DNA of 30,945 nucleotides from a virus (taxonomy: Duplodnaviria > Caudoviricetes): the IMG/VR virus record IMGVR_UViG_3300006105_000076, positions 1-30,945 of that record, one strand, 5' to 3'. The first letter of the stretch is position 1. Each line of letters begins with the position of its first letter. Both the position numbers and the translations under genes were made by a program. The notes below the pieces were generated by a model. The model searched no databases and had not been told where the DNA came from. It saw nothing but the letters and a program-made list of their open reading frames with translations. Positions 15,841 to 24,578 of this stretch are shown piece after piece.

Positions 15841-15978
15841 CAAGCCTCTGGGAAGAGGCGCGTAAGACTATTTCGACAGAAATAGCCCGGAGGGCGGCAC
15901 CGCTTTGCGGGAGCAAAGTGCCGTCAAAAGGAAGACGATCAGCAGACCAACAAGCCGTCAAAAGCTCCGCGCAAACCA

Positions 15979-16989
15979 TCACACCGTCACAAAAGGCTGC
16001 TCCCTTTGCCTCAAATGCCCGAAATACTCGGGAGATTGTTCATGCCACGCCCTGTGGTGGACGATCTTGTCACCACGACGCTTGATATGGTCGCAGGCGA
16101 TGTGAGGGACGCAAGCGATCCGGAGACCTTTGGGGTGCCACCGTTGCCAGCATAGGAAAAGATCCTGAGTGCCACGACCATCGTATCCGATGAAATCGGC
16201 AAGTTGGAGGGCCTTACGGGATAGCAACGTGCAACCAAGGCCGCACCAATCCGAAGGAACCACGGCCCCAAGGCCGATACCTGGGTAGGCGTAATCCATC
16301 CACCCCCGGCGTCGCCATCCGTGCTTTGCCGTGATTTCCCAGATATTCCCATCAGGGGGGCATTTCTTTACCCGTTCGCGGAGGCGGATCATCCGTTTCT
16401 GCTCTTTCTTTGCCGTTGCTTTGTCCTGGCATCCTTTTAACCGATCCTCGCTGGCATCGAGGCAGAGCTTTAGACGGGCTGGAAGTTTCCTTTCTTTGGG
16501 CAAGAAATCCTCAGCAATTGGATTCTGTGGCGTTCCAAATCCGCCGAGGAAAAGGCCATTTGGATAGGTTGCTGCGGCGATGTCATAATAGGGATCACCG
16601 ACCGAATCCGGCATTTGGAGCGTCCATTCTAGAACGCGAAGCGAATCAGGCGTGGGAATCGTGTCACTCTCGACCGACCAACAAAGATCGGCTTTGATCC
16701 GACGGGCAAAGGCGAAAGCTGCCCCCTGAAGCTGGGCGATACGGATCTGGGCTGACTCTTTGTAGTCTTTTTCGTCCTCGATGATTGGCAACCGGATGGC
16801 CGTAATCTTCCAGCCCTCGGGAAGGTGTCCCTTGGCAAACTCCTCGGCACGTTTGGATTCATCGCTCTGATCGGTCGCAAAGATAAAATGCGCTTCAGAG
16901 TAATGACCGGCAGCCGTGGAAATGGCCCTGATCAGTTGGGGCCAGACATGGAGGTAGGAGCGGGTCGCCGCCGTGATGATTGCAAACAT
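15979..16989 (-). CDS. GT-A fold glycosyltransferase
   Basis: WSVESDT (DxD-like), DWCGLGCTLLSRKAL, TQDLFLC, CDH. Confidence 0.8.
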   Translation of the reverse strand: MFAIITAATRSYLHVWPQLIRAISTAAGHYSEAHFIFATDQSDESKRAEEFAKGHLPEGWKITAIRLPIIEDEKDYKESAQIRIAQLQGAAFAFARRIKADLCWSVESDTIPTPDSLRVLEWTLQMPDSVGDPYYDIAAATYPNGLFLGGFGTPQNPIAEDFLPKERKLPARLKLCLDASEDRLKGCQDKATAKKEQKRMIRLRERVKKCPPDGNIWEITAKHGWRRRGWMDYAYPGIGLGAVVPSDWCGLGCTLLSRKALQLADFIGYDGRGTQDLFLCWQRWHPKGLRIACVPHIACDHIKRRGDKIVHHRAWHEQSPEYFGHLRQREQPFVTV

Positions 16990-17013
16990 GGGATCGTTGA
17001 CCCCGGCGGCGTG

Positions 17014-18330
17014 TCAATTAATCCAATAAGTACCGTCTGGATATCCAGAATATGTTGATCCCACGCTGTCGGTGGAATAAGTCACCGGAGGGATGGCAAG
17101 GATGAGCGGCTCAATGACTACATTCGCGTCTGTAGCACAAGAAATGACCGAGGAGTAATTATTATCCACCGTAAAGGTCTTGCTCGATGTGCCATCGGAG
17201 GCATTGGTGATTGCCAGAAACATCCCCGTTGAAGCTCCTCCATTGTAAGAAACCGACCAATTTTGGCCTCCTGAAAATGTTGCTGCATTTGTAAATGTTG
17301 TAAAATCCACATTAGAAAAACCAATAATCCCTGAAGTGGTAACGGACGAGATGGCTGAACCATCAACAGAAAGAGAAGATGATGCCGTGGTGCCCACGGT
17401 GGATCCGCTGACCAGTGTGGTCGTTTGGTAGATCACGGAATCTCCCGTGATGTAATATCCGGAAGTGTAGGTGGAATAGGAAATAGCCTCTCGGATGCCT
17501 GGATGCTCGGAGGCCGTCAACAATCCGGAGGGTTGGAGATCAGTTCCGTATTGGGAATCCGCGAGATAAACATCACCACCGTTTCCCCATGTCGTTCCCT
17601 CCCAAGACAAGATGGCTCCGAGGTTTTTATATCCTTGCAAAGGAACCATGCCAGAAAGAGTTATCGTGGTTTCTGACGTGCTTTCATAGCTGTAGGGAGC
17701 ATTGTAAATCCACGTTTGCCCGTAATCTGAGCCATGCTCTTCTGAGTTCAAATCAGTCATCGAAAGATAATTGAAACAAGTTGCTAAAATAGCAGTCGAT
17801 CCATAGGTCAAACTAATGCTGGAAGTTGTGGAAAGGTCAGAAATCGGCCCTGTGTATCCAGAATTTGCCGTAAAGAATGTGCCGTAAATCACCTCATCAC
17901 TTGCAGCCGTTTGCGTGGAATTGAGCGAATGAGAGCAAAGGCTTGTGGTGACCACTGTCTCATTTTCCACCGAAAAAGTTGTGAAACTGACAGCCGTGGT
18001 GGATGCAGTGGTGGATCCCGTTTCAAAACTCGTCGTGTAAAGATTCCACGAGGCCCCTGATGAAGCCGATGTCGTGGTCGTGGACATGAAAGCATCAGCA
18101 ACGATTGCTTCCAAATAAGGATATGACCCAGAATTCCCTATTTCGCGAGTTCCAGAATCTGCAAATGTACCACTTCCAGAACCACCCGAAACAATCGGAC
18201 CTCCTGTTGTATTTGCTGCTATGTAAGTATCATTTTCGGTGAAATTGATTTGAGGCCATGAAACCGAATAATATGGAGGCCAAGTATCTTGAGGCCACGC
18301 ATCGCCAAACTCGTAGCTGGTGATCGGCAT
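17014..18330 (-). CDS. Ser/Thr-rich tail protein
   Basis: Long S/T runs, very few K/R; position in tail module. Confidence 0.75.
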   Translation of the reverse strand: MPITSYEFGDAWPQDTWPPYYSVSWPQINFTENDTYIAANTTGGPIVSGGSGSGTFADSGTREIGNSGSYPYLEAIVADAFMSTTTTSASSGASWNLYTTSFETGSTTASTTAVSFTTFSVENETVVTTSLCSHSLNSTQTAASDEVIYGTFFTANSGYTGPISDLSTTSSISLTYGSTAILATCFNYLSMTDLNSEEHGSDYGQTWIYNAPYSYESTSETTITLSGMVPLQGYKNLGAILSWEGTTWGNGGDVYLADSQYGTDLQPSGLLTASEHPGIREAISYSTYTSGYYITGDSVIYQTTTLVSGSTVGTTASSSLSVDGSAISSVTTSGIIGFSNVDFTTFTNAATFSGGQNWSVSYNGGASTGMFLAITNASDGTSSKTFTVDNNYSSVISCATDANVVIEPLILAIPPVTYSTDSVGSTYSGYPDGTYWIN

Positions 18331-18333
18331 GGC

Positions 18334-18897
18334 CTAGGATGCGATCCAGACGCCGGAGTAATGACCATCGGCGGATGATACCGTAGACGGTGTGAGCGTT
18401 ACGTTCCCTTGGAAGATATTGTAGGTCATGCTTGCCTTGTAAAGGCCTACCAGCACATCAACTTCGCTCGGCATAGCATCCGTGGCCGGAGTCTGGATGT
18501 CCGGAGGAGAGGCATCGACATGAATGGTGGCAGCAGTAATCTGAGTGCCATCGGACGTGCAGGCTGCCTTCACATACCAAAGGCTGGCCGCATCCACGGA
18601 AAACGTGTCGTAGATGTTGCTAGGGAGGAGTCCATTCACGACTCCGGGCCAGAGAGTGATCTCGGGCGCGGAAGAAGTCCCCCCTGGGGAAATATCAAAA
18701 GGTAATTTGGAACATGCAGCGGAAGCGTAATTTCCAGCAATCGTGAGCGTGGTTCCTCCGGGAGCCGTGGTGACGGTATAACCGGGGCCTTTCTGCAAAA
18801 CGAGTTCGCGAAAATTGCCCTCGAGGATGGAGGCGATCCGATCCCATGCGGCGGGAGTCAGCAATCCAGCTCCGGACATCCTCGGAAGCAATCTCAT
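18334..18897 (-). CDS. Minor tail protein
   Basis: Position; GPGYTVTTAPGGTTLTI beta motif. Confidence 0.65.
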   Translation of the reverse strand: MRLLPRMSGAGLLTPAAWDRIASILEGNFRELVLQKGPGYTVTTAPGGTTLTIAGNYASAACSKLPFDISPGGTSSAPEITLWPGVVNGLLPSNIYDTFSVDAASLWYVKAACTSDGTQITAATIHVDASPPDIQTPATDAMPSEVDVLVGLYKASMTYNIFQGNVTLTPSTVSSADGHYSGVWIAS

Positions 18898-18900
18898 GGC

Positions 18901-19590
18901 CTAGAACCCGAAATGGCTTCCGCTGCCGCTGGTGTAATGATAGAGACTATCCGACCATCCCTTCAGCCCCGAGGCACGCAGCTCGTAGCTGTTGCGCCAA
19001 GTCGAGGAGGTCAGGGATCTGGAACTTGCCCCGGTCAAAAGCCAATTTGCCGATCCAGCTAGGGAAGGAAGGGTGACGCTTTTAAAACTGGAAGAGTAGA
19101 CCTGCCCCACAGTCGAAAGATCGACAATATCGGTTTCAACCAAAGTGACATGAGCCGTGACCGTGGGATTCAGATAGGAATCGACCCCCCAGAGGATAAA
19201 CTGGGCATACCAACCGAGTGGAGTTGTCGGTCCTGCCGTCACCAAGGCTTGCCAACCGAATGCCGCGTCCGAAGGGGAGGATTGAGCCTTGGAAATGGCG
19301 TTGAGATCGGAATCAGAAAGGGCATGGGCACCACCCGAAGCAAAAATGGGGTGGGTGATCAGTGGTTCGGTCGAGCATGAGGAAGTGATCTCGATGTTCT
19401 GACCAAGGCTGGCGCTGCCGATTTGTTTGTAAGTAACGACGTATTTGCCTCCAGTGTAGCTTTGCTGAATGTCGTAAGCGTCACTGGGTACCGAAGGGTA
19501 CCCATCAAAAGATTCCAGCGTCGTGTTGGTGATGTTCTGACCCAGCGATGAATCAAACTGAACCGATTCTGAAGTGGTGGTGTAAGCCAT
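18901..19590 (-). CDS. Tail tip/distal tail protein (putative)
   Basis: First gene after tape measure; EPLITHPIF motif. Confidence 0.6.
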   Translation of the reverse strand: MAYTTTSESVQFDSSLGQNITNTTLESFDGYPSVPSDAYDIQQSYTGGKYVVTYKQIGSASLGQNIEITSSCSTEPLITHPIFASGGAHALSDSDLNAISKAQSSPSDAAFGWQALVTAGPTTPLGWYAQFILWGVDSYLNPTVTAHVTLVETDIVDLSTVGQVYSSSFKSVTLPSLAGSANWLLTGASSRSLTSSTWRNSYELRASGLKGWSDSLYHYTSGSGSHFGF

Positions 19591-19593
19591 AGG

Positions 19594-21105
19594 TTATTGG
19601 GCAAATGCCGCAGCCGGGATCGAAGCCACGGCTCCGGGGGCGCGGGAGGTATTGTCGGCGATGCGTTGGAGCAGGCTGCTCTGACGGCGATTTTCGACCA
19701 GGATCGGATTATCCCCAAGCAAAGCGGAACGCCCACCGCCACCGACTCGCTCCAGGGAATCGGCAATGATGGAAAATTTATTGGCCCCGATGTCGGAAGA
19801 ATCAAAATTGCCAGATGGAATGGAATACTTGGAATTTGCATCCGCCCGACCTTCCTCGTTGGCTTCTTGGGTTTTTTCAGTAGCCGTTGTTAAGGGTTTT
19901 AAATTCTGAACAAGTTTTGACCCCAGATCGGAAAGCTTTGTTTTTAGATCAGAAGAAACCAAGAATTCCTCGTTTTTCTGATTGTTTTTAAAATTGGTAA
20001 GGCCGTTCCCTCTAGATTGCACATCTTTAAGAATATCATCAAAACCCGTGGCTTTGAATCCAGAGAGTCCGGCAGTTTTACCAAGCAAAGGGATTTTTCC
20101 GAATTGTTCCATTGCTTCCTCAATGACCTTTTGGAATCCAGCCTCAAAATAGTCCAAGGGAGTTTTAAATACGGTGATCAAAAAATCACGAATCTTGGCA
20201 CCAAAAAGCAAAAATCCTTCTAAAGCAGCGGATAACCCTTCCTCACTAAAAACCAAAGAGATGCTATCTTGGAAAAATTGAACCAATTTGGACCATTCGT
20301 CTGAAAAATCTGTGACAAAATTGCCAATCACATTGCCGAAACCAACGCCCCAGGATGAGAAATCGATTTTTTCAAAATTCTCAATGACACCGTGAAGTGC
20401 AGGAACAAAAGAAGAACCAATACCAACAAAGAATCCCGAGATTTTTTGACCAACGTGCGAAAGCGCTTCGTTCGCTTCTTTAAAACTGGCGGCATTTTCT
20501 CCAAGAAGTTTGGCCGTATTTGAAACATTTCCAGCATTTTGAAATGACGGCGAATTAAATACTGCGAGAAGCTCTGCCCCACTTTTCCCAAAAATCTGCA
20601 TCGCTACAGCAGCTTGTTCAGTTGGGTTGCCAAGTTTGTGAATAGAAGCGCCTATTTGTTCAAACGCCTTGTCAGGAGATTCATTCGCAAGAGTCCTAGC
20701 ATCGAGGCCAAGGGCATGAAGAACAGATGCCGAACCGCCGCCGTTAACAGAAGCGGCAAGATTCTTTTGCATTTTGGCAACTGCTGGTCCGATCTTTTCA
20801 GCTTCCACCCCTGAATCCTTGAAAGCCATGCGGAGTCCGTAAAGGTTTTCGACGGCAATGCCGGTTTTATTGCTAAGTTCCTGCATTTCCGACCCAAGCT
20901 CCATGGCACCGTGGAGTCCTTCCATGATGGCCCCAACTGATCCGACGGCTGCCACAACTTTTGCGATGGGGCCAAGCAATTCGCCGAATCCTTCCTTGCC
21001 CATCTTGGCTGTTTCTTCCTTAACGGCACTTGTGGCCCGCTTGAGCGATTGTGTCAGCGGGGCGATGTCGAGACCGAATTGAGCTAAAAGGGATTCGTTG
21101 GCCAT
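19594..21105 (-). CDS. Tape measure protein (short, 503 aa)
   Basis: Helical; ELSNKTGIAVENL, AMQIFGKSGAELL. Confidence 0.88.
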   Translation of the reverse strand: MANESLLAQFGLDIAPLTQSLKRATSAVKEETAKMGKEGFGELLGPIAKVVAAVGSVGAIMEGLHGAMELGSEMQELSNKTGIAVENLYGLRMAFKDSGVEAEKIGPAVAKMQKNLAASVNGGGSASVLHALGLDARTLANESPDKAFEQIGASIHKLGNPTEQAAVAMQIFGKSGAELLAVFNSPSFQNAGNVSNTAKLLGENAASFKEANEALSHVGQKISGFFVGIGSSFVPALHGVIENFEKIDFSSWGVGFGNVIGNFVTDFSDEWSKLVQFFQDSISLVFSEEGLSAALEGFLLFGAKIRDFLITVFKTPLDYFEAGFQKVIEEAMEQFGKIPLLGKTAGLSGFKATGFDDILKDVQSRGNGLTNFKNNQKNEEFLVSSDLKTKLSDLGSKLVQNLKPLTTATEKTQEANEEGRADANSKYSIPSGNFDSSDIGANKFSIIADSLERVGGGGRSALLGDNPILVENRRQSSLLQRIADNTSRAPGAVASIPAAAFAQ

Positions 21106-21123
21106 CTTTGCAAAGGTTAAAAG

Positions 21124-21813
21124 TCAAATCCCACGAATTTTAAATCCGGGGTATTTTTTGGCCACATCAGCAATTTTTTTGAACACTCCGGAACGGACAT
21201 TACGGTGGTAATATCCGACACGGCCATTGATTGCCTTGAGCAAAGCAGCACGACCACCGCCGCGAACGGCTGCGCGGGTGAAATTCTGAATCAGGAATCC
21301 AACCTTGGAAGCCGTCACTTTCCTGACATGGCTAACCTCATCGGAAAGGACTTTCCCATTCACCATGGCTTTGTTGACGTAGCCGGTAGGCGTTTTTGGC
21401 AAAGGGATGCCCATGCGTTGCGCCAAAAGCACCCAGGAGCGTTTTGCCGTTCCGATGCGGCGTTTCAACTCAGCTTCCCGCTGTTCGGAAGTCATCTGAA
21501 TCCATGCCCAGATATAATCGGGGTAATGGTGGCGTCCACTTTTGCCGGGGCCGACAAGATAAGCTGTTCCCTTGGCTAGCGAGGATTGGGGATGCTTGGC
21601 AGGAGACGGTTCGCGTATAAAAACCCATTTTTCTAGGCTTTTTTTAATGGAATTTGCCGTGGCCTTTGGCGTGTTGGAAACGGCAGCAGAAAGTACGCTT
21701 CCGATTTCGGCTTTGACCACTTCTTCATAATTGACCCCGGTGAGGCGTGCCATCGCTTCCACGGCGCGGTTGAAGTTTGAGGTGTCGATTGTGAGGCCGG
21801 ATTTACTCATCAT
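21124..21813 (-). CDS. Basic neck/tail completion protein (HK97 gp10-like)
   Basis: IDTSNFNRA..VSNTP; highly basic. Confidence 0.55.
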   Translation of the reverse strand: MMSKSGLTIDTSNFNRAVEAMARLTGVNYEEVVKAEIGSVLSAAVSNTPKATANSIKKSLEKWVFIREPSPAKHPQSSLAKGTAYLVGPGKSGRHHYPDYIWAWIQMTSEQREAELKRRIGTAKRSWVLLAQRMGIPLPKTPTGYVNKAMVNGKVLSDEVSHVRKVTASKVGFLIQNFTRAAVRGGGRAALLKAINGRVGYYHRNVRSGVFKKIADVAKKYPGFKIRGI

Positions 21814-22042
21814 CTAGTCCCTCGGTGCCAAATGATCGGGCAAATTCCATGAGGTGATCGATCTGCTGCGGCACCGGCTCAGCAGGAGTGACGGTCCAGA
21901 TGTCGTGCGATCTCAGGGCAGCGTGGTAGTAGGCATTCACCCGATAGACTGGCAGCTCCATGATCTGCGCCTCGGTAAAGCCGCCCTCCTTTGCCAGCGT
22001 AAAAATCAGGCTGGCAAGCGACGGCGGCTCTAGGAGTTTGGG
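21803..22042 (-). CDS. Tail assembly chaperone -1 frameshift extension (gpT-like)
   Basis: Entered via C CCA AAC at 22036-22042; FTEAQIMELP..Y pattern. Confidence 0.75.
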   Translation of the reverse strand, partial: PKLLEPPSLASLIFTLAKEGGFTEAQIMELPVYRVNAYYHAALRSHDIWTVTPAEPVPQQIDHLMEFARSFGTEGLDDE

Positions 22043-22416
22043 GGTGGTGTTTCCTTGCTGGCGGATCCGGGCTTGGGTTCGACCTCGATCTGGGTTTCCT
22101 TTTCGAGATTGGTGACTTCGATGAACCATTCGGCGGCAATCTTGAGATCCTCGGGACTGAGGCTTTCCATGAATCGGTCCTTGTCCACCAGGTAAGCCGA
22201 TTTGTTGAGCGTATTGATGGAAACCCGCTCGATCGGGGCCGCGATCAGGTAGATGAAAGCAAAAAGGAGTTCCTCGTTTTTGTCGGCCTCATCGATGTCG
22301 AGCCAGCGGAGGATCCGGGCGAGCTTGAGCTTCACCCCGTTGCTGTAGCTGCGGACCTTAACGCCGCCGATGACGGGTTCCTCCTGGTAGAGGCGTTCGT
22401 TGAGTGTTTCGGTCAT
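22030..22416 (-). CDS. Tail assembly chaperone (gpG-like)
   Basis: Position; ends PPN on a slippery heptamer. Confidence 0.75.
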   Translation of the reverse strand: MTETLNERLYQEEPVIGGVKVRSYSNGVKLKLARILRWLDIDEADKNEELLFAFIYLIAAPIERVSINTLNKSAYLVDKDRFMESLSPEDLKIAAEWFIEVTNLEKETQIEVEPKPGSASKETPPPNS

Positions 22417-22874
22417 AGCTTGGAAATCAGGCGCTGGCGTTCGGACTCACTCGCATTGGAGGGAATGAAGGCGGCGCGGCCACCACGGGTGACCTTGATC
22501 GTCGGGGAGGCGTTCTTGATCTCGTTGCGGAGGCTGCCAACGTTCTCCATGAGGCATTTCATGAAAGCAATCGGATGATCGGGATTGTCGATGATCCATT
22601 GGCGGTCATTCCATCGCTTGAGGAATTCGGATTGGGAAATGGTTTCCCCAGCAAAAGCCTTGAATTCGATTTGGGAAGATTTCAAAAGCCAGACAACGGT
22701 CCGGCGGGGCTTGCCATCGATACCCTGCTCAATGGTATCGAGGTACCCGTTGTCGGCCAGATTACCCCCACAGGTGATGGAGGCGGCTACGGCGTGAGTA
22801 TTGGCCGAGGAGAGGGGATGCTCGTGATCGACGAGCAAAGAGAGGTTTTCGTGAAGGTTGATTTCGGGGTTCAT
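22413..22874 (-). CDS. Hypothetical protein in tail module
   Basis: 153-aa ORF coupled to chaperone. Confidence 0.7.
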   Translation of the reverse strand: MNPEINLHENLSLLVDHEHPLSSANTHAVAASITCGGNLADNGYLDTIEQGIDGKPRRTVVWLLKSSQIEFKAFAGETISQSEFLKRWNDRQWIIDNPDHPIAFMKCLMENVGSLRNEIKNASPTIKVTRGGRAAFIPSNASESERQRLISKL

Positions 22875-22899
22875 GATAAAATGTCAGGGGAGGGAAATC

Positions 22900-23226
22900 C
22901 TAGGAAGCTCCGGGGAACCACTTGCCCTTGTAGCTCCAACTGTTGAAATCATCCGATTTCTCGGTCTTGGAATAGCTGTCGATGATGATCACCCCGCCGC
23001 TGATCGTGCTGGGGAGGTTGGTGGTGGCCACGCCGAGGGTGATGGAAGGGTAATCGGCCTGACCATCCACCGAAAATTCCCCCGTGGGATCGAAGGTGGC
23101 AGCCGTGGAGAAAGCTCCGGAGTAATCCTTGAGAACCTTGGTCTCGACTTTCTTGGAGGTGGTGACCTTGGTGATGACCCCGCTGGTGAAGCTGGAGATG
23201 CCGATGGAAGCTGTGATGGCGGACAT
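22900..23226 (-). CDS. Tail tube protein paralog 2 (putative)
   Basis: Small beta-rich; similar to 23247-23567; strong codon bias. Confidence 0.65.
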   Translation of the reverse strand: MSAITASIGISSFTSGVITKVTTSKKVETKVLKDYSGAFSTAATFDPTGEFSVDGQADYPSITLGVATTNLPSTISGGVIIIDSYSKTEKSDDFNSWSYKGKWFPGAS

Positions 23227-23246
23227 GGTGGTGGATCAGTTCGGGG

Positions 23247-23567
23247 TTAGCTCCACTTCATTGCGGAGATCGTAAAATCGGGGAAATCGTCCTGAGATTC
23301 GTCCACGCTGATTTCGGTGACCACAACCGTGCCGGATGTGACCGAGGAGGTGGCGGCCACGGTGGAGAGGGCGGCGTTGCCCTTGCCCTTGACGCTGATC
23401 TTGGTCTCGGTCATCGGGGTGACCGCAGCTTGAACCGTGACGCCGGATGCGTTCTTGATCGTCTTGACCTCGCGGGTCACATCCTGGGTGACCTCGTTGA
23501 TGACGCATCCCGTGGGAGCGGTGACAAGAGCCTGAAATGCGGAGGATACGCCAATGGTTGCGGACAT
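23247..23567 (-). CDS. Tail tube protein paralog 1 (putative)
   Basis: Small beta-rich; ESQDDF vs EKSDDF shared motif. Confidence 0.65.
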   Translation of the reverse strand: MSATIGVSSAFQALVTAPTGCVINEVTQDVTREVKTIKNASGVTVQAAVTPMTETKISVKGKGNAALSTVAATSSVTSGTVVVTEISVDESQDDFPDFTISAMKWS

Positions 23568-23570
23568 AGG

Positions 23571-23666
23571 TTACTTGGATGGCAGGGGTTCGGGTGCCGG
23601 TGCCGGGGCGGGTGCCGCGACATCCTTTTCGAGGATGAGGGGGTTGGGCTTTTTCTCGTCGCTCAT
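23571..23666 (-). CDS. 31-aa peptide MSDEKKPNPLILEKDVAAPAPAPAPEPLPSK (absent from ORF track)
   Basis: ATG 14 nt after TTTGACA; stop 3 nt before next start. Confidence 0.65.
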   Translation of the reverse strand: MSDEKKPNPLILEKDVAAPAPAPAPEPLPSK

Positions 23667-23680
23667 GAAGTGAATGCGCC

Positions 23681-23687
23681 TGTCAAA
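23681..23687 (-). promoter_or_regulatory. TTTGACA late element
   Basis: 14 nt before ATG at 23666. Confidence 0.65.
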
Positions 23688-23767
23688 CGAGCGACATGGT
23701 CGGAGCGAGTTGAAACCGCTGAAAGCGGACCCGAAGGGCGAGCCTCGCGGGAGCGAGCGAGTTCAAA

Positions 23768-24166
23768 TCATTCCGAAACGCCCACCGTGGCTTGAACCTC
23801 AGCTACCCAGGTATGATTCTCGCGGGAGGTTTTCGTGTTCACAATCCAGACACCTGCGAAGCTGGCTGATCCGGATGGCCAGTTGGTCGTGAGGTAATCG
23901 GCATCGAGGCACGATCTGACGGAATTTAGCGTGTCGGTGAACGTCGAAAGGCTGTCGGATCCAAGCAATGCCGGGGCCACGATCTTGACGGTCACGGTGG
24001 CCTTGTAGAGGGGGCCTGCACTATGTTCGATATCGGCAGCGGCAAGGATGAGGTTCAACGACTCAGGTGTCATTTCCTCGTAATCACTGCCAAGGTAGAT
24101 GGTCGTGCCGCTGAATGATGGTTGGAAAGCGGTCCGGAGTGCGGACTCGATGGTGAGCGGGTTCAT
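23768..24166 (-). CDS. Tail terminator-like protein
   Basis: Position and size between head closure and tail tube genes. Confidence 0.6.
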   Translation of the reverse strand: MNPLTIESALRTAFQPSFSGTTIYLGSDYEEMTPESLNLILAAADIEHSAGPLYKATVTVKIVAPALLGSDSLSTFTDTLNSVRSCLDADYLTTNWPSGSASFAGVWIVNTKTSRENHTWVAEVQATVGVSE

Positions 24167-24492
24167 TATTCGCGGATGGCGGTGACGAGGATTTCTGCCG
24201 AGAGAGGCGATCCGGGGAGGCTGGTGGCCGTCTCGACGCGGTAGGTGACGTTTTCCACGACAAGTTTGAGCTGTGTTCCAAGAGACGGACGGCTGGCGCG
24301 GGTCATGGGCCAGCGCACCTTGATGTTCTTGTCGGTATTGAATCCACCCATCTCTAGGGACATTGAGGGCTGCGGAACGGTCACATGCGCGTAAAAGGGA
24401 GTGCCGGTGCCGAGCTGGATGAGTGTGCCGAGCGTGTCGGCGATCTCGTTGGCCGCACGGGTGCGAAAAGCGGCGATGGAGGTGCGGTTCAC
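24166..24492 (-). CDS. Head closure/head-tail joining protein
   Basis: First gene after capsid; LEMGGF..RPSLG..TYRV pattern. Confidence 0.6.
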   Translation of the reverse strand: MNRTSIAAFRTRAANEIADTLGTLIQLGTGTPFYAHVTVPQPSMSLEMGGFNTDKNIKVRWPMTRASRPSLGTQLKLVVENVTYRVETATSLPGSPLSAEILVTAIRE

Positions 24493-24506
24493 GAAAGAAT
24501 CAGGGG

Positions 24507-24513
24507 TGTCAAA
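24507..24513 (-). promoter_or_regulatory. TTTGACA late element
   Basis: 14 nt before GTG at 24492; just after the capsid terminator. Confidence 0.65.
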
Positions 24514-24519
24514 GGTTCC

Positions 24520-24558
24520 AAGAAAGAAAGAAGGGGCACCCCTTTCGAGGTGCCCCTT
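24520..24558 (-). terminator. Rho-independent terminator after capsid gene
   Basis: Perfect 10-bp stem AAGGGGCACC/GGTGCCCCTT then CTTTCTTTCTT. Confidence 0.85.
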
Positions 24559-24578
24559 GCTTTGTGAGCCTAGGAGGA

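Noticed and set aside
17014-18330. N-glycosylation sequon enrichment
   Set aside because: About eight N-x-S/T sites is roughly what the high S/T content gives by chance
23710-23766. Hammerhead ribozyme
   Set aside because: CTGAAAG does not fit CUGANGA and the GAAA core is not in place
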